From positions 1 through 64,000 of IMG/VR virus record IMGVR_UViG_3300037419_001822: a stretch of 64,000 nucleotides of DNA, one strand, 5' to 3'. The notes beneath the pieces were generated by a model that ran no database searches, was not told the origin of the DNA, and saw only the letters and a list, made by a program, of their open reading frames with translations. Source of the stretch: a virus. Made by a program: the position numbers and the translations under genes. This document shows positions 17,540 to 29,255 of this stretch, one piece after another; the stretch's first letter is position 1; each line of letters opens with the position of its first letter.

Positions 17540-18777
17540 GCCGGGTCAGAAGAAGAGGCGACCCTCGTCGGTGATCTCGCCGTCGGGGGTGATCAGGCCG
17601 TTCTCGATCAGCCGCCTGGCGTAGCGGCCGTAGGAGCCCTGCAGGCTCCAGCAGGTGCCTGTGGCGATCAGTTCGGCGAACAGCTCCAGGATGCCCTCGG
17701 GCTCCAGGTCGCCCTGCTCGAAGGCGATGATCAGGTCCACGATGTCGCGGCCGGTGGGAGTGACGATGGTGCTCATCGGTTGTCCTCTCGGGCTTCGCGG
17801 ACGACGTCGGCGTACAGGTCGACGTGGCCGCACGGGTTGGTCCAGACGTCCACGCTGTAGTACGCGCCGTCGTCGCACTCGTTGAGGTTGCTGGGCTCGC
17901 CGCGCGGGCCGCCGCAGCGGGGGCAGGTGTCCGCAATGGTGAGGGTGCGGACGATCGGGGATGTCAGGCCGTAGCCCCAGGGGGCCTCGGCCGAGCGGTC
18001 CCGCACGCGGACGGTCAGGCTCATCGGTCCTCGGTCCTTCCGTCGCGCCGGAGCACCGGCCGCTGCCGCTGGGGGAGGCGGCGCGGGGGCTCCGGCAGGG
18101 GGGTGGTCTGGTCGCGGTAGTTGTCGACCCAGGGGCTCGGCGTGGTCATGGTCTCAGGACCGGGCCAGGTCGCGGTAGGAGCCGAGCGGGCCGGTGTAGC
18201 CGCCGTAGGTGGCCCAGCTCTTGAGCTGGCCGTCGATGACGTCGCCGTAGCCGACCGGACCGGCGTCGGGGCGCAGGGGCTCGTAGCGGACGTGCACGCC
18301 GCGCCGGGTGAGCCGCATGACGTAGCGGCCGTAGTTCTGGCCGTGCTCGGCTTCGGCGATCGGCCGGACGACGGCGAGGGCCCTGCTGCACTCCTCGCGC
18401 CAGAAGTGCAGGGCGTTCCACTTGACGCTGCTGTCGGGGGAGACGATGACGCCCAGGTGGAGCACGCTGTAGGCGGTGTCGTGGTGGGTGCCGTCGGCGT
18501 GGTGGTAGCGGACGAGCAGCCGGTCCCAGGAGCCGGTGTAGCCGGGGCCGAGGACGTCGATCAGCTCGACGTCGATGGACGTGTGGCCGGTCTGCTGGTC
18601 GGTGACGACGTGGAAGCGGGTGCCGGGCTTGCGGGCGGCGAGGACGGCGCTGAGCTTGCCGCCGTCCCAGCGGTCGCGGTTGACGTCGGCGGTGCTGTTG
18701 GAGAAGTCGCGGGCCTGGATGACGATGCCGCTGTCGCTGGCGGTCATGGGGGGTGCCTCCCTGAGGGGTCTCTTCGT

Positions 18778-18820
18778 CTGTGGCTCCAGTATACACCTCT
18801 GGCCCTACGCACGTCTATAC
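18778..18820 (-). promoter_or_regulatory. Repeated phage promoter GTA-TAGACG-N18-TATACT-GGAGCCACAG
   Basis: -35 at 18812-18817, -10 at 18788-18793. Confidence 0.75.
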
Positions 18821-19537
18821 GCAGGGCCAGGTGGATCTCAGGCGGCGGGGTTGCCCAGCGCCAGGCGGGCGTCGAGCAGCTCGTTGACCTCGGCCTCGGC
18901 GCGGTCGACGTCGGACTGCCGGTCGCCGTTCGGGCTGTGCGCGTAGGCGCGGCGGGCCAGGGTGAGCTGGGCACCGGCGACCAGCAGGCTCAGGTCGATC
19001 TCGACCACGCTGCGGACCAGGGGGAACGTGCGGGACTGGGTGGGGGCGGGGGCGGTCATGCGGATCGTTGTCCTTCCTGGGACTCGGTGAGCTGGTAGCG
19101 GGCGATGCGCTCGGCGGCGATGGCGTCGATGAGGTGCTCCTCGCGCCGCCACAGGGTGTTGTGGGCGTGACGGAACTGCTCGGACCACTCGGGGGTCTCG
19201 CGCTCGGCGGCGGGCTTGGCGAGCAGCCGGTCGACGTCCTGCCGGGCGAGGGTGCGCAGGGTGGCCAGCGCGCTGGTGCGGCGGGCGGCCAGGTGCAGGT
19301 GCAGGCTGGCTGCGCCGACGACGGTGGGGTGGGCGGCGACGAGGGTCATGCGACTTCCTCTTCCTGTTCGGCGGCGAGCGCGGCGGCGAGCTGCTCGCGC
19401 AGGGCGGCGAGTTCGGCGTGCAGTTCCTGGCGGACGAACCGGCTGTGGCAGCGGCCGAGGCGGCGGTTCTTGATGTCGATCCGGTGGCGGATCTTGGTGC
19501 TGGTCACGGGGTGGGGCCCCCTCGGGGTCGTCGTGTT

Positions 19538-19580
19538 CTGTGGCTCCAGTATAGCCGTTCGTAGGGTCGTGCGTCAATAC
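19538..19580 (-). promoter_or_regulatory. Repeated phage promoter GTA-TTGACG-N18-TATACT-GGAGCCACAG
   Basis: -35 at 19572-19577, -10 at 19548-19553. Confidence 0.78.
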
Positions 19581-20212
19581 GAGAGGTTAGACGGAAACCG
19601 CCTCCACGATCTCGAAGTCGGCCCCCTGGCGGGTCCGGAAGGCCTTGATCGGGGCCAGGGCCTTCCGGTAGGCGGCGGGCGTGACCCTCTCGTCGGCGGT
19701 CCGAATGGCTTCCCACGTACCGTCGCCCTCGATCAGCTCCATGAGCTTCGCGGCGGCGCGGGCAGGCTTGGGCCAGTACGCCCAGCCGTCGGAGTTGGCG
19801 TTCGCCCAGTCGCGCAGGTTGGCGATCGTCCGGGTGGCGGGGCCGAGCACGGGATGGTCGACGAAGCGCCGGACCGTGCCATCGATCTCGAAGTCGTTCA
19901 TGAACCGCATGTCGGTTTCTTCTCCTGTGAGGTTGGTGCGGGGCCCGGCCGGGGGAGTGGTCACCCCGGCCGGTCTCCGGGTCAGTGGGTCAGCCCTGGT
20001 CGTCCAGGGCCTTGATGCAGTCGCGGCAGGTCTCGCGGAGCGGGACGTCGCGGGCGTCCAGGGTGGCGATGACATCGCCGGGGCCCCCTCGCTTGCTGCC
20101 GCAGACGGGCCGCGCCTCCATGGGAAGCCAGACGTGGATCTCGCCGTCGGTGTGCTGGACGAGGTACACGTGGGTGGCGGTCATCGGGGTGCCTCCTGGG
20201 ATCGGTCTCCGT

Positions 20213-20255
20213 CTGTAGCTCAAGTATACACTCTCGTCAGGTCGCGCGTCTATAC
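20213..20255 (-). promoter_or_regulatory. Repeated phage promoter GTA-TAGACG-N18-TATACT-TGAGCTACAG
   Basis: -35 at 20247-20252, -10 at 20223-20228. Confidence 0.75.
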
Positions 20256-22244
20256 ACTAGACGGGATCGGTAGGCTTGTTCTCCGTGGACGAGAAGGTGT
20301 TCGTGGGCTGGCCGCGCGGTCGGCGGCCGACCAGGGAAGAGGCCCTGGCCATGGCCCGGCGCCTGGTCGAGCAGATGCAGGCTCAGCGGCTGCTGCGCGA
20401 GGCTGCCCAGCTCGACCCCTGGCCGGAGCCAGAGGAGCGGCCGTAGTCGGGGTCGAACTCCCGCAGGTGGTCGGCTAGCAGGGGGCGGTCGGTCCCGTCG
20501 CCACCGACGTAGCCGCAGGTGCACCACGGCCGTCCGGCCCACGGCGGAACGACCGGCTGATGGTCGGGGTGGGCGGTGGGCACAGGCTGGCCCGGCGAGG
20601 TCATTGGAGCTGGTCCTCGATCTGCTCGATCACGCCCTGCAGCTCTTCGCGGGCCACGAACACCTCGGTGCGGCGCACGCCATCTGCGGCGGCGAACTGC
20701 GCGTTGAGGACTCCGACGTGATCCTGGAGATTGTCGAGCACGATCTTCCAGTTGCCCGGCGACAGGCTGACCGAGGTGTAGGCGTCCATCAGGGATCTCC
20801 TCTCAGTCGGTGCTGGTCCAGCGGCGGGTGTCGAGCAGCCGCATGATGCGGTCGGCCTTGCCGCGCCCAGTGAGGCGCAGCCACTGGCCGGTGTCGTCCT
20901 GTCGGAGCACCCTGCGCACCCGGTCATGCAGGTCGTAGGTGATGCTGAGGTAGCGGCGGTCCTTGCGGTAGGCGTCGGTGAGCCCGTTGCGGTCCAGGTC
21001 CCAGCCTGCCAGCTCGGCGGCCAGGCGGATGCGGGCGCGGGCGGGAGTGGTCATGACTCCTCCTCGGGCACCTCGCGGACCTCGACGGACTCGATCGCGA
21101 TCACGTACGTGTACATGTGCGTGCCCTTCGAGTTCTCGGTGTCCTGCACCATGACCGGATACTTGCCGACGGCGAGCTGCGGGTCGGCGACGACGTCGCG
21201 CCACCACAGGTTGACCTTCTGCACGGCGACGTCGTCCTGGAAGCCGACGACGGCCTTGGGGTCGCCGCGCCAGAACTCCTGGCCGAGGACGTCGCCGTTC
21301 TCGTTGACGACGAACGGGTAGGGGAGCTGGGTGCCCTCGACCAGGGAGCCGTCGGGTCCGGCCCACATGTTGTCGACGTGGGGGGCGGGCTGCAGGGTGA
21401 TGATCTTCATGGGTGTTCCTCTCTAGCTCAGGATGTCGATGAGGGAGCCGATGACGCCCATGCCGTGGTCCCGGCACAGCGGGTCGGACCCCTTCGGGGC
21501 GTTCTCGGGCTCGTAGTACACGGTCGAGTTGATGCCGCGCACACTGTCCCGGCCGCCGGTCTTGATCGCGACGACCGCGCGGGCGTAGCAGTTGCTGCAC
21601 TTCATCGGGAGGCCTCCACCACGGTCAGGATGATCTGGCCGGAGGTCACCTCGCGGCCCACGGTGGCGTCGTGCCCGTGCTGGATGAAGACGTCGCGGAC
21701 GATGTTGAGCAGGCGGAAGGCGTTGTGGCCGGTGCCCTCGTACCGGAGGCAGAGACGGAAGACCCCCTCCGAGACCTGGGCGGCGATGACCGGGGTCGCG
21801 CAGGTGGAGAGCTTGGCGACCTGGGCGACGGCGTCAGCGGTGAGCGGTTGGGAGGTCAGCTCGGCGACGTGGGCGTCTCGGCGGGCGAGCGTCTCGCGGC
21901 GGCGGAGAACTGCCTCGTGGTGCGTCGGGGTGGTCATCGGGGCCTCCTGTCGGTGTGGATGGTGGCGCGCTCGGTGTGGCCGCACACGACGCAGGCGCGA
22001 CGCTCGCCGCCGTGCCGGTAGGGCTCATCGGACGGCTCGAACGGGTGCGGGTCGTCGGTCGGCCGGACGTCGGCGACCTTGCGGGTCACGGTGATGCCGG
22101 TGCCCTTCTCGTAGCGGCGCGGGACGTTCGCGGCGGTGATGTGGACCCACTTGCGGCCCACGACGACGCGGGAGATCGGGTCGCCCAGTGAGGTGAGGTC
22201 GCCGACCTGGACCGACTCGGCGGGGACGAGGACGGTCTGGTAGG

Positions 22245-22514
22245 TCATCGGATGCCTCCTCGGCGGGACCAGAAGTGGGACCAGGAGCCGCGCTGGTCGC
22301 GGGCGATGTGCTTCTCCTCGGCGAGCTGGCTGAGGTGCGCCCCGGCGGCGTGGGTGGAGATGCCGACGGCCCGGCCGACCTGGCCGGGGGTCCAGTCCCG
22401 GTCGGGGGTGTCGCTCACGAGCCAGAGCACGACGTCGATGTCGCCGTCGTAGAACTCGGGGTCGCGGGCGATCTTCTCGCGGTAGCCCTTGACCAGCTCG
22501 GCGATCTTCGCCAT
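22245..22514 (-). CDS. Small winged-helix/HTH-like protein
   Basis: WTPGQVGRAVGISTHAAGAHLSQLAEEKHI resembles a wHTH. First gene behind the 22541-22573 promoter. Confidence 0.55.
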   Translation of the reverse strand: MAKIAELVKGYREKIARDPEFYDGDIDVVLWLVSDTPDRDWTPGQVGRAVGISTHAAGAHLSQLAEEKHIARDQRGSWSHFWSRRGGIR

Positions 22515-22537
22515 CTCTGCCTCCTCTGCTGTCTAGC

Positions 22538-22573
22538 CTCAGTATACACCCGTGGCGATGCGTATGTCTATAC
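22538..22573 (-). promoter_or_regulatory. Repeated phage promoter GTA-TAGACA-N18-TATACT-GAG
   Basis: -35 at 22565-22570, -10 at 22541-22546. Confidence 0.75.
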
Positions 22574-23846
22574 GCGCGTTAGGATCGGTGCAGCCAGTGC
22601 TTCCGGGTGCCCCAGGCGAACCACAGACCGAGCACGAGCGAGACGTCGGCCAGGTCGCCCGCCTGCTTGCTGTTGCCGGTGACCAGGAACGCGACGATGA
22701 CCAGCGCGACGGCGAAGGCCAGGCCGATGACGACGCTGGCGACGCCGGAGCGGCGGGGGGCGGGGTCGGGCTCGGGGGCGTTGTGGGCGGTCATGGGGGC
22801 CTCTCTCTCGGGGTTGCTGTCAGCCCCTACTGTACTACCCATGTCAAGACGGGTGTGCTACAATCAAGCCAGACAGCAGAACCGAGGAGGCATCACCCCA
22901 TGGAGACCATCAACGGCTTCACGATCATCGCCAGCCACCCGCGCGGCTTCGATGCCGAGCGCGTCATCCTCGGCGTCGCCCGCCACGTCCGCCCCGACGG
23001 CCAGCCGGACGACGTCGAGTACGTCACCGCCATCGCCAAGCTCGGCCCGGTCACCTCCTGGTACTGGGGCCACTACTTCGGTGGCTACGCCCCCGAGTCC
23101 AGCCTGTTCCTCGCCGCCGTCGCCGACTTCCGCGAGCGCGCCGAGATCGTGGAGGTGGCCCGATGACCCGCAAGCCGCCCCACCTCTTCCTCTACACCAG
23201 CCGCCAGGACGGCCTCGTCCACTGGAGGGAGCCCGGCGTGGGCCAGGCCCCGGGCCGCTACATCCCCGCCCTCCGCTACCTCTGCGGCCAGTGGGCCGGG
23301 GTCAACGACGAGCTGGACTCCCTGGCTGCCGTCGAGGACGCCCCGATCGAGCCCGACACCTGCGTCGACTGCGTGCGCTGGGCCGACGAGCTGTGGCCCC
23401 TAGAGGTGGCCCGATGACCGGTCCGGTCCAGTCCCGCCGGGCTCGCCAGTCCGGCCGGATCGTGGAGGTCTGGCACGCCGCCGACCTCGGCGTCGAGGAC
23501 GACGCCGGTGACTGGGTCACCGTCTGCCGCGACCACGGAACCGACTGCCACCACGCGACCCGAGCCCTGGCCGTGTCCTGGGCCGCCGAACCGCTGACCT
23601 GGTGCGAGGAGTGCCAGAGGGAGGACAACCGATGACCCGCACGATCACCGTCCGGGGCCGCGAGTACACCGTCGAGGACGAGCCCCGGCTCAACGGCGAG
23701 ATCGCCCCGCACCTCTACAGTGCCACGGGCGAGCTGGCGGGCGTTGTGATCGAGGCAGCCAACGGGCTGACCTGGATCATCGACACCCCATGGCCCTGGA
23801 CCGCCAGCGACATCCGCGACGCTATCCGGCAGATCCTCGCCTAGAC

Positions 23847-23887
23847 GTATTGCCTGCTGTACTACGAAGGTCTATACTGGAGCCACA
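23847..23887 (+). promoter_or_regulatory. Rightward copy of the repeated promoter GTA-TTGCCT-N17-TATACT-GGAGCCAC
   Basis: -35 at 23850-23855, -10 at 23873-23878. Downstream GGAGCCAC is identical to the leftward copies. Confidence 0.7.
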
Positions 23888-23907
23888 CAACAACCAGGAG
23901 GGTCACC

Positions 23908-24078
23908 ATGAAGGTCCGCGTCAGCTTCACCATCGACATCGACCCCGAGGCGTGGGACACCAACTTCGGCACCGGCCGCGAGGCCAAGGCCGTCCGCGCC
24001 GACGTCCAGACCTACGTCGAAAACGGCGCGCGCGACCTGCTCCGCGACCTGGGCCTCCTGCAGGAGCAGGGCCGATGA
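23908..24078 (+). CDS. Small hypothetical protein (paralogue of 24379..24678); not in the ORF track
   Basis: AGGAGG RBS. MKVRVSFTIDIDPEAWDTNFG... Confidence 0.65.
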   Translation: MKVRVSFTIDIDPEAWDTNFGTGREAKAVRADVQTYVENGARDLLRDLGLLQEQGR

Positions 24079-25185
24079 GCCTCGTCGAGATTATCAACCT
24101 GCTGCACCGCGTGGGCCGCGTCCAGGTCGCGATCAAGGGGCTGGGATCCACGGAGATCACCGAGGCCGACGCCGTCGAGATTCTAGAGACCCTCGCCCGC
24201 ATCCTCGACTACACCCTGGTCGACCGCGAGGAGCGCCGCGAGCTGCTGGAGCTGGCCGAGGAGATCGAGGACGGCCGCGAGTACGCGCCCGAGTTTCGAC
24301 TGCCGCAGACAGCACGAGCGCTCGCCACCGCCGTCAACCAGGCCCTTCGCGCCGAGAACCCCCAGGAGGTCTGAACCCATGACCCGCACCGGCACCATCA
24401 AGGTCACCCTCTCCATCGACGTCGACCTGGAAGCCTGGGCCGACACCTACGGCATCCCCGTCCGCGAGGCCAAGGACGACGCCGTCGCCCACCTCAGCCT
24501 CACCGTCCCGCACGCCGTCGCCGAGCGGCTGACCCTCATCGCCGCCGGTGCCCGCCTGGCCGTCGACCCGGCGACCGCGCAGAACGTCGACATGCAGGAC
24601 GGCGTGGACGTCAACGTTCGCGACGACGCCGCGCCCTTCCTCACCTGGCACCCCGACGTCCCCAGCCTGGAGGCCTGACATGGCCCTACCCTTCGAGCAC
24701 TGCCTCCGCGTCGCCGTTGCCGAGGCCCGCGAGATCATCCTCGACGGTGCGGCCGACGAGCTGGACGCCACCGACCTGGGTGTCGCCGAGGCCGTGCTGG
24801 ACGGCACCACCCGCGAGCCGGACGACGTCGAGCGCCTGGCTCAGGTTGTGGCCCTCGGCGTCGAGTACCTGACCGTGGTCGGCCGCGAGCGCGCCGTCCG
24901 CGAGCACCTGTCGCCCAATCCCGAGAGTTCCGTCCGCTACTGGTACCTCACCGCAGGAGGCTGACATGCCCAAGACCACCGAGCCCGCGTTCCAGGTGGG
25001 TGCCTTCTTCGCCGGGGCCCGCATCGTGGAGCACCCCGACGCCGCCCACCCCAACGACCGCTACACCCTGCAGATCCTCGGGGCCTACGGCGAGCACATC
25101 GACGTCGTCGGCAGCCGCAAGGAACTGCTCCGCTTCGCCGGATCTCTCAGCGACCTCGTCCACGACATGACCAAGGAGGCCTGAC

Positions 25186-25497
25186 ATGAGAAACGAGGCC
25201 CTGACGCCGCTGGAGCGCTTCCGTCAGGCCGACGAGGCCTGGCGAGCCACCGTCGACACCCTGAACGCCGCGAGGGCGGCATCCCGGGTGGCGTTCGACG
25301 TCTACCAGGAGGCCCGCTACGCAGCCGTCGTCTCCATCCCCTGCCCGTACTGCCCGGCCCAGCCCGGCGAGCCCTGCCAGTACCCGCCGAACGTGGACTA
25401 CCACCGCAACGTCACCCACGGTCGCCGCGACGACCTGGCCGGTGTCAACGGCGAGTTCTCCCAGAACAAGGCGGCCTACCGACAGGTGGCCAGGTGA
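25186..25497 (+). CDS. Small zinc-finger protein (CPYC..PGEPC..H..R)
   Basis: Cys/His pattern common in actinophage proteins; AAGGAGG RBS. Confidence 0.6.
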   Translation: MRNEALTPLERFRQADEAWRATVDTLNAARAASRVAFDVYQEARYAAVVSIPCPYCPAQPGEPCQYPPNVDYHRNVTHGRRDDLAGVNGEFSQNKAAYRQVAR

Positions 25498-25875
25498 CCG
25501 CCGACCGGCTGCCGCTGCCGCCCTACAGCTCCTGGGAGCTGACCCGCGACGGCTACACCCTCGTCCTGGACGCGCCGGTCAACGGCGTCCGCCGGGTCCG
25601 CGTGTACAACCCGGGTGGCGACGCCGTGGACGAGGGCACGTTCGCCGGGTCGATGAACATCCACCGCGAGGCCCGCTGGATGCTGGCCTCCGCCATCGAG
25701 TCAGGAGAATGATCATGGACCAGACCACCGCGCGCAAGCTGGCCCGCCAGGTCGGCGGCGTCGCCACCCAGGAGGCCCGGAACAAAGGCCGCTGGGGCTC
25801 GCAGACCGACCCGTGGGTCGTCGTCGTCGGCGACGTCGTCCTGCGCGAGGTCCCCGGAGGGGAGAAGGAGACCCG

Positions 25876-26661
25876 ATGACCCGTGACATCGCCCAGCCCA
25901 CCGTCGACAAGTACGGCTCCGACACGCACCCGGCGTTCGGCCAGATTTCGGCCAGCCGGATGAGCAGCAGCCCGCCCGGCCAGGTGCTGTTCGACTCCGA
26001 CCTGCGCCACCAGCACACCGTCCGCATCACCGTCCAGCGCGCCACCCGCAAGCGCGACCTAAACCACGACTGGGTCCACGGCAGCGGCCGGGAGCTGATC
26101 GAGGTCGAGCTGTCCGAGGCGCAGTGGGCCAGCTTCGTGTCCTCGATGAACACGACCGGCGTCCCGTGCACCATCCGCGCCACCGAGAGCGACTGGAACG
26201 TGCCCGGCCTGCCCTACGACCCGCGCCTGGCCCACTCCATGGCCGAGGTCCGCGACGCCGCCGACAAGACGTTCGGCAAGATCAAGGCCGCGCTGGCCGA
26301 CTACGAGGCCGCGTTCGAGGCCAAGGCCGGGGTCAAGGTGCTCCGCGAGAAGCTCCGCACCCTGCACTTCGCCGTCGAGCACACCGGCAGCAACCTGGAC
26401 TTCGCCGCCAAGAGCCTGAACGAGCACGCCGAGAACGTCGTGCAGCGCGCCCGCGCCGACATCGAGGCCATGGTCTACCACGAGTCGCAGCGCCTGGGCC
26501 TGACCGCCGGTGAGGCCGAGCATCTGCTGGAGCTGCCCGCCATGCCCGGCGAGGTGGACGAGTCGGAGATCGAAGACGTGGACGACGACCGGGTCACGCC
26601 CAAGCTCGACCAACTAATGACCGAGCGCCCCCCGTGGGTGACTGGAGGTGACCTCGCGTGA
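25876..26661 (+). CDS. Conserved phage hypothetical protein (HPAFGQI..LFDSD..IEVELSEAQWASFVSSMN..GVPCTI)
   Basis: AAGGAG RBS; coherent ORF with a recognisable phage motif family of unknown function. Confidence 0.7.
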   Translation: MTRDIAQPTVDKYGSDTHPAFGQISASRMSSSPPGQVLFDSDLRHQHTVRITVQRATRKRDLNHDWVHGSGRELIEVELSEAQWASFVSSMNTTGVPCTIRATESDWNVPGLPYDPRLAHSMAEVRDAADKTFGKIKAALADYEAAFEAKAGVKVLREKLRTLHFAVEHTGSNLDFAAKSLNEHAENVVQRARADIEAMVYHESQRLGLTAGEAEHLLELPAMPGEVDESEIEDVDDDRVTPKLDQLMTERPPWVTGGDLA

Positions 26662-27571
26662 AGCGCCACGATGACGGCTCGGTCACCCTGACCCGCGCCG
26701 AAGCCAACCTGCTCGTCAAGGGCGTCGAGCGCTGGGAGCAGGCCTGCGACCTGCCCGGCAACGCCTCGGGCATCGCCCTGGTGGACCTGGGCTGCGACGT
26801 CCGCGAGATCCTCTGCGGAAGGGAAGCCCGGTCATGAGAACCGAAGAAGAGGTGCGCGCCAAGCTGCGAGAGATGCACGACACTCGCGAGTCACTGGCCC
26901 GGCGTAGCCCGACCAATCCGTACCTGCGTGACCTTGACGGCTTCATAGCGGGGCTCATCTTCACCCTCGGCGAGGAGGAGGCTCGATGACCACCCCCAAG
27001 CGGCCCCTGCTGACCAGCGAGACCCGGAAGCTCCTCCACCAGCTCGCCCTCAAGGCCATCGACCACACCGTCGAGGGCAGCCCGCAGCGTTCCTACGCCA
27101 AGGGGGTCCTCGACACCCTGACCTGGTTGCGTGGCTCCGACCCCACCCCCCTGTTCGAGGAGGTCATCCGATGACCGGCGACGCCCGCACCCACGCCGCC
27201 CTGGCTGTCGAGCACGCCCTGGACGAGGCCGACCGCCAGCGGATCCTGGCCAAGTTCCACCACACCGGCCTCGACGGTGCCGACGTGGCCGACATCCTGG
27301 ACATCCTCGACAACCACGACGCACTGCTGGAGCTGCGCGAGCCGTTCTACGAGAGCGGGGGCGATGTCGAAGTGTGGCGAACGCTCGACTGGCCGATGCC
27401 CGATGAGGCAGACGACTACGCCGGGTGGCTGCGACACCGGCTGGTCAGCTACGCCTGCCTGGCCGTCGCTCTGCTGACCAACGCCGTCCCTACACCAGGA
27501 CCGGTCGCCCGGCTGGCCGGGAAGGCCGCGATCGTGGCCGCCGAGCGCTGGCCCGGAGGGGAGTACGTCCA

Positions 27572-27940
27572 ATGACCAAGGTGCTTGTGATCGACCCCGA
27601 CGAGACCGCCACCCTCCGCGACCTCCCCGAGGGCGACGTCGAGGCCTGGCAGCAGGCCGTCGGCGGCTGGATCGAGCACGTCTCGCTCTCCGCCGACGTC
27701 TCCGCCATGTGCAACGAGGAGGGCGACCGGCTGGGGCTGCCCGTCAACCGGGTCGCCTCCGCCATGGCCGCCGCGTTCCTGTCGCTGGACGGCCGTGTCC
27801 TGAACACCGCCACCGGCCAGGGCATCCTCGGGCCGGTCGTGTTCTTCGGGGCCCCGTCCGGCGGTGAGGCGAACGACGTGCCCGACGTCGTGCTGGCCCT
27901 GGTCCGCCGGGCCGGGATCGAGATCCGAGAGGAGGAGTGA
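27572..27940 (+). CDS. DUF3846-like protein
   Basis: QQAVGGWIE, CNEEG..LGLPVNRVAS and ILGPVVFFG motifs. Confidence 0.75.
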   Translation: MTKVLVIDPDETATLRDLPEGDVEAWQQAVGGWIEHVSLSADVSAMCNEEGDRLGLPVNRVASAMAAAFLSLDGRVLNTATGQGILGPVVFFGAPSGGEANDVPDVVLALVRRAGIEIREEE

Positions 27941-29126
27941 TGGCCGACGAAGATCGCGAGCGCCTGTATGCGGAGATCAACTCTCCCGCCCGAGTAGAGC
28001 AGCGCGCCCGAGTCTGGCAGGCATCCGGCCTGAGCGATCTCGAAGACCGTGAGCCGCTCGCCAGAGAGCTACTGAGCCCGGTCGCCGAGCTGTACGAATA
28101 CCTCCGCGAGGCCCACGACCCGACCGCCGAGGCGGACGAGTTGATCCGCCAGGCTTTCGCCGACACCGACCCCGGCGAGGGGATCGATGGAGCTGAGGCA
28201 GTGCCCAATGAGGCGACCTGGATCGCGGAGTTGCGGGAGATCGCCGAGCTGATCGTCGCGATCCTCCCTGCCGCCAGGAAGATCATCGAGCGCATGGAGG
28301 AGGAGTGATGGCCAACCCCGAGGGCCGCGCCGCGCTGGCCTGGCTGCGCGAGGTGATAGACGAGTCAGACGCAAACGAGACACACGCCGTGATCGTCACC
28401 GACCCCGAGACTGGCAAGCGGCACATCATCGGCCCGTTCCGCACCCGCCTGGAGGCCCGGGTGGCGATCCCGCTGCTCAAGGCACGCAACGAGAAGGCGG
28501 ACCCGGAGTTCGGCAACCTGCAGTACGAGCCGGTGATCTTCTTTCGGCCACCGTGGGAGGAGGAGTGATGACTCGCTGGCGCTACAACCTCTACAGCGGC
28601 AGTGCCGATGAGCCGTTCCATGCCACCTACGAGGAGGCCGACGGCCCCGGTCAGCGCGACGAAGCCGGGCTGCCGCTGAACCTGGCCGTCTGGCTGCGGA
28701 TCGCGCTCGATGACGAGCGAGTGCAGCGCATCGAGCTGGTGCGCCAGCCGACGATCCGAAAGGCGGAGTGATGGCCTGGTACCGCGTCGAGCTACGCGGC
28801 GAGTCCCGTGAGGTCTACGCCGTGGAGGCCGACAGCGCCGACGAGGCGCGAGAGGCGTGGGCCGAGCGCGGCACGCTGGAGATCCAGGAGTGCTACGGCA
28901 TGGGGGTCGAGTCCGTGAGCGAGGAGGAGGAGTGACCCACGCATCTGGAGGGGTTGAAGCATCGACAGGTTGCGCACAACCAGATGCGTCACTGACAAGA
29001 TCCACTGGCACATGGGATGCGAGTCGGACGGCATGTCTGAGAGTCCCTGCGACAACCGTCTCTACTGTTCAGCTCCCGTTCAGCGGAAACGGGCTGCTCA
29101 GGCCCTACGACCTGCAAGTTCCGTAT

Positions 29127-29174
29127 GTGGGGCGGGTGGGGCTCGAACCCACGACCCAGGGATTATGAGTCCCT
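29127..29174 (-). mobile_element. Probable attP common core: 3' half of a tRNA with CAU anticodon (Ile2 or elongator Met)
   Basis: Minus strand AGGGA-CTCATAA-TCCCT-GGGTC-GTGGG-TTCGAGC-CCCAC-CCGCCCC-AC, with no D arm or 5' acceptor strand upstream. Lies in a non-coding gap; a tyrosine integrase is in the same window. Confidence 0.8.
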
Positions 29175-29255
29175 GCCTCGTCCCATTGCTGTATCCCTCT
29201 GACCAGGACCTTCCTGCTGTGACATCGCGCTAAGCAAGATCATCGCGCGGATTTG

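Noticed and set aside
29127-29200. Complete phage tRNA-Met/Ile gene
   Set aside because: There is no D arm or 5' acceptor strand upstream of the anticodon arm; it fits an att core better.
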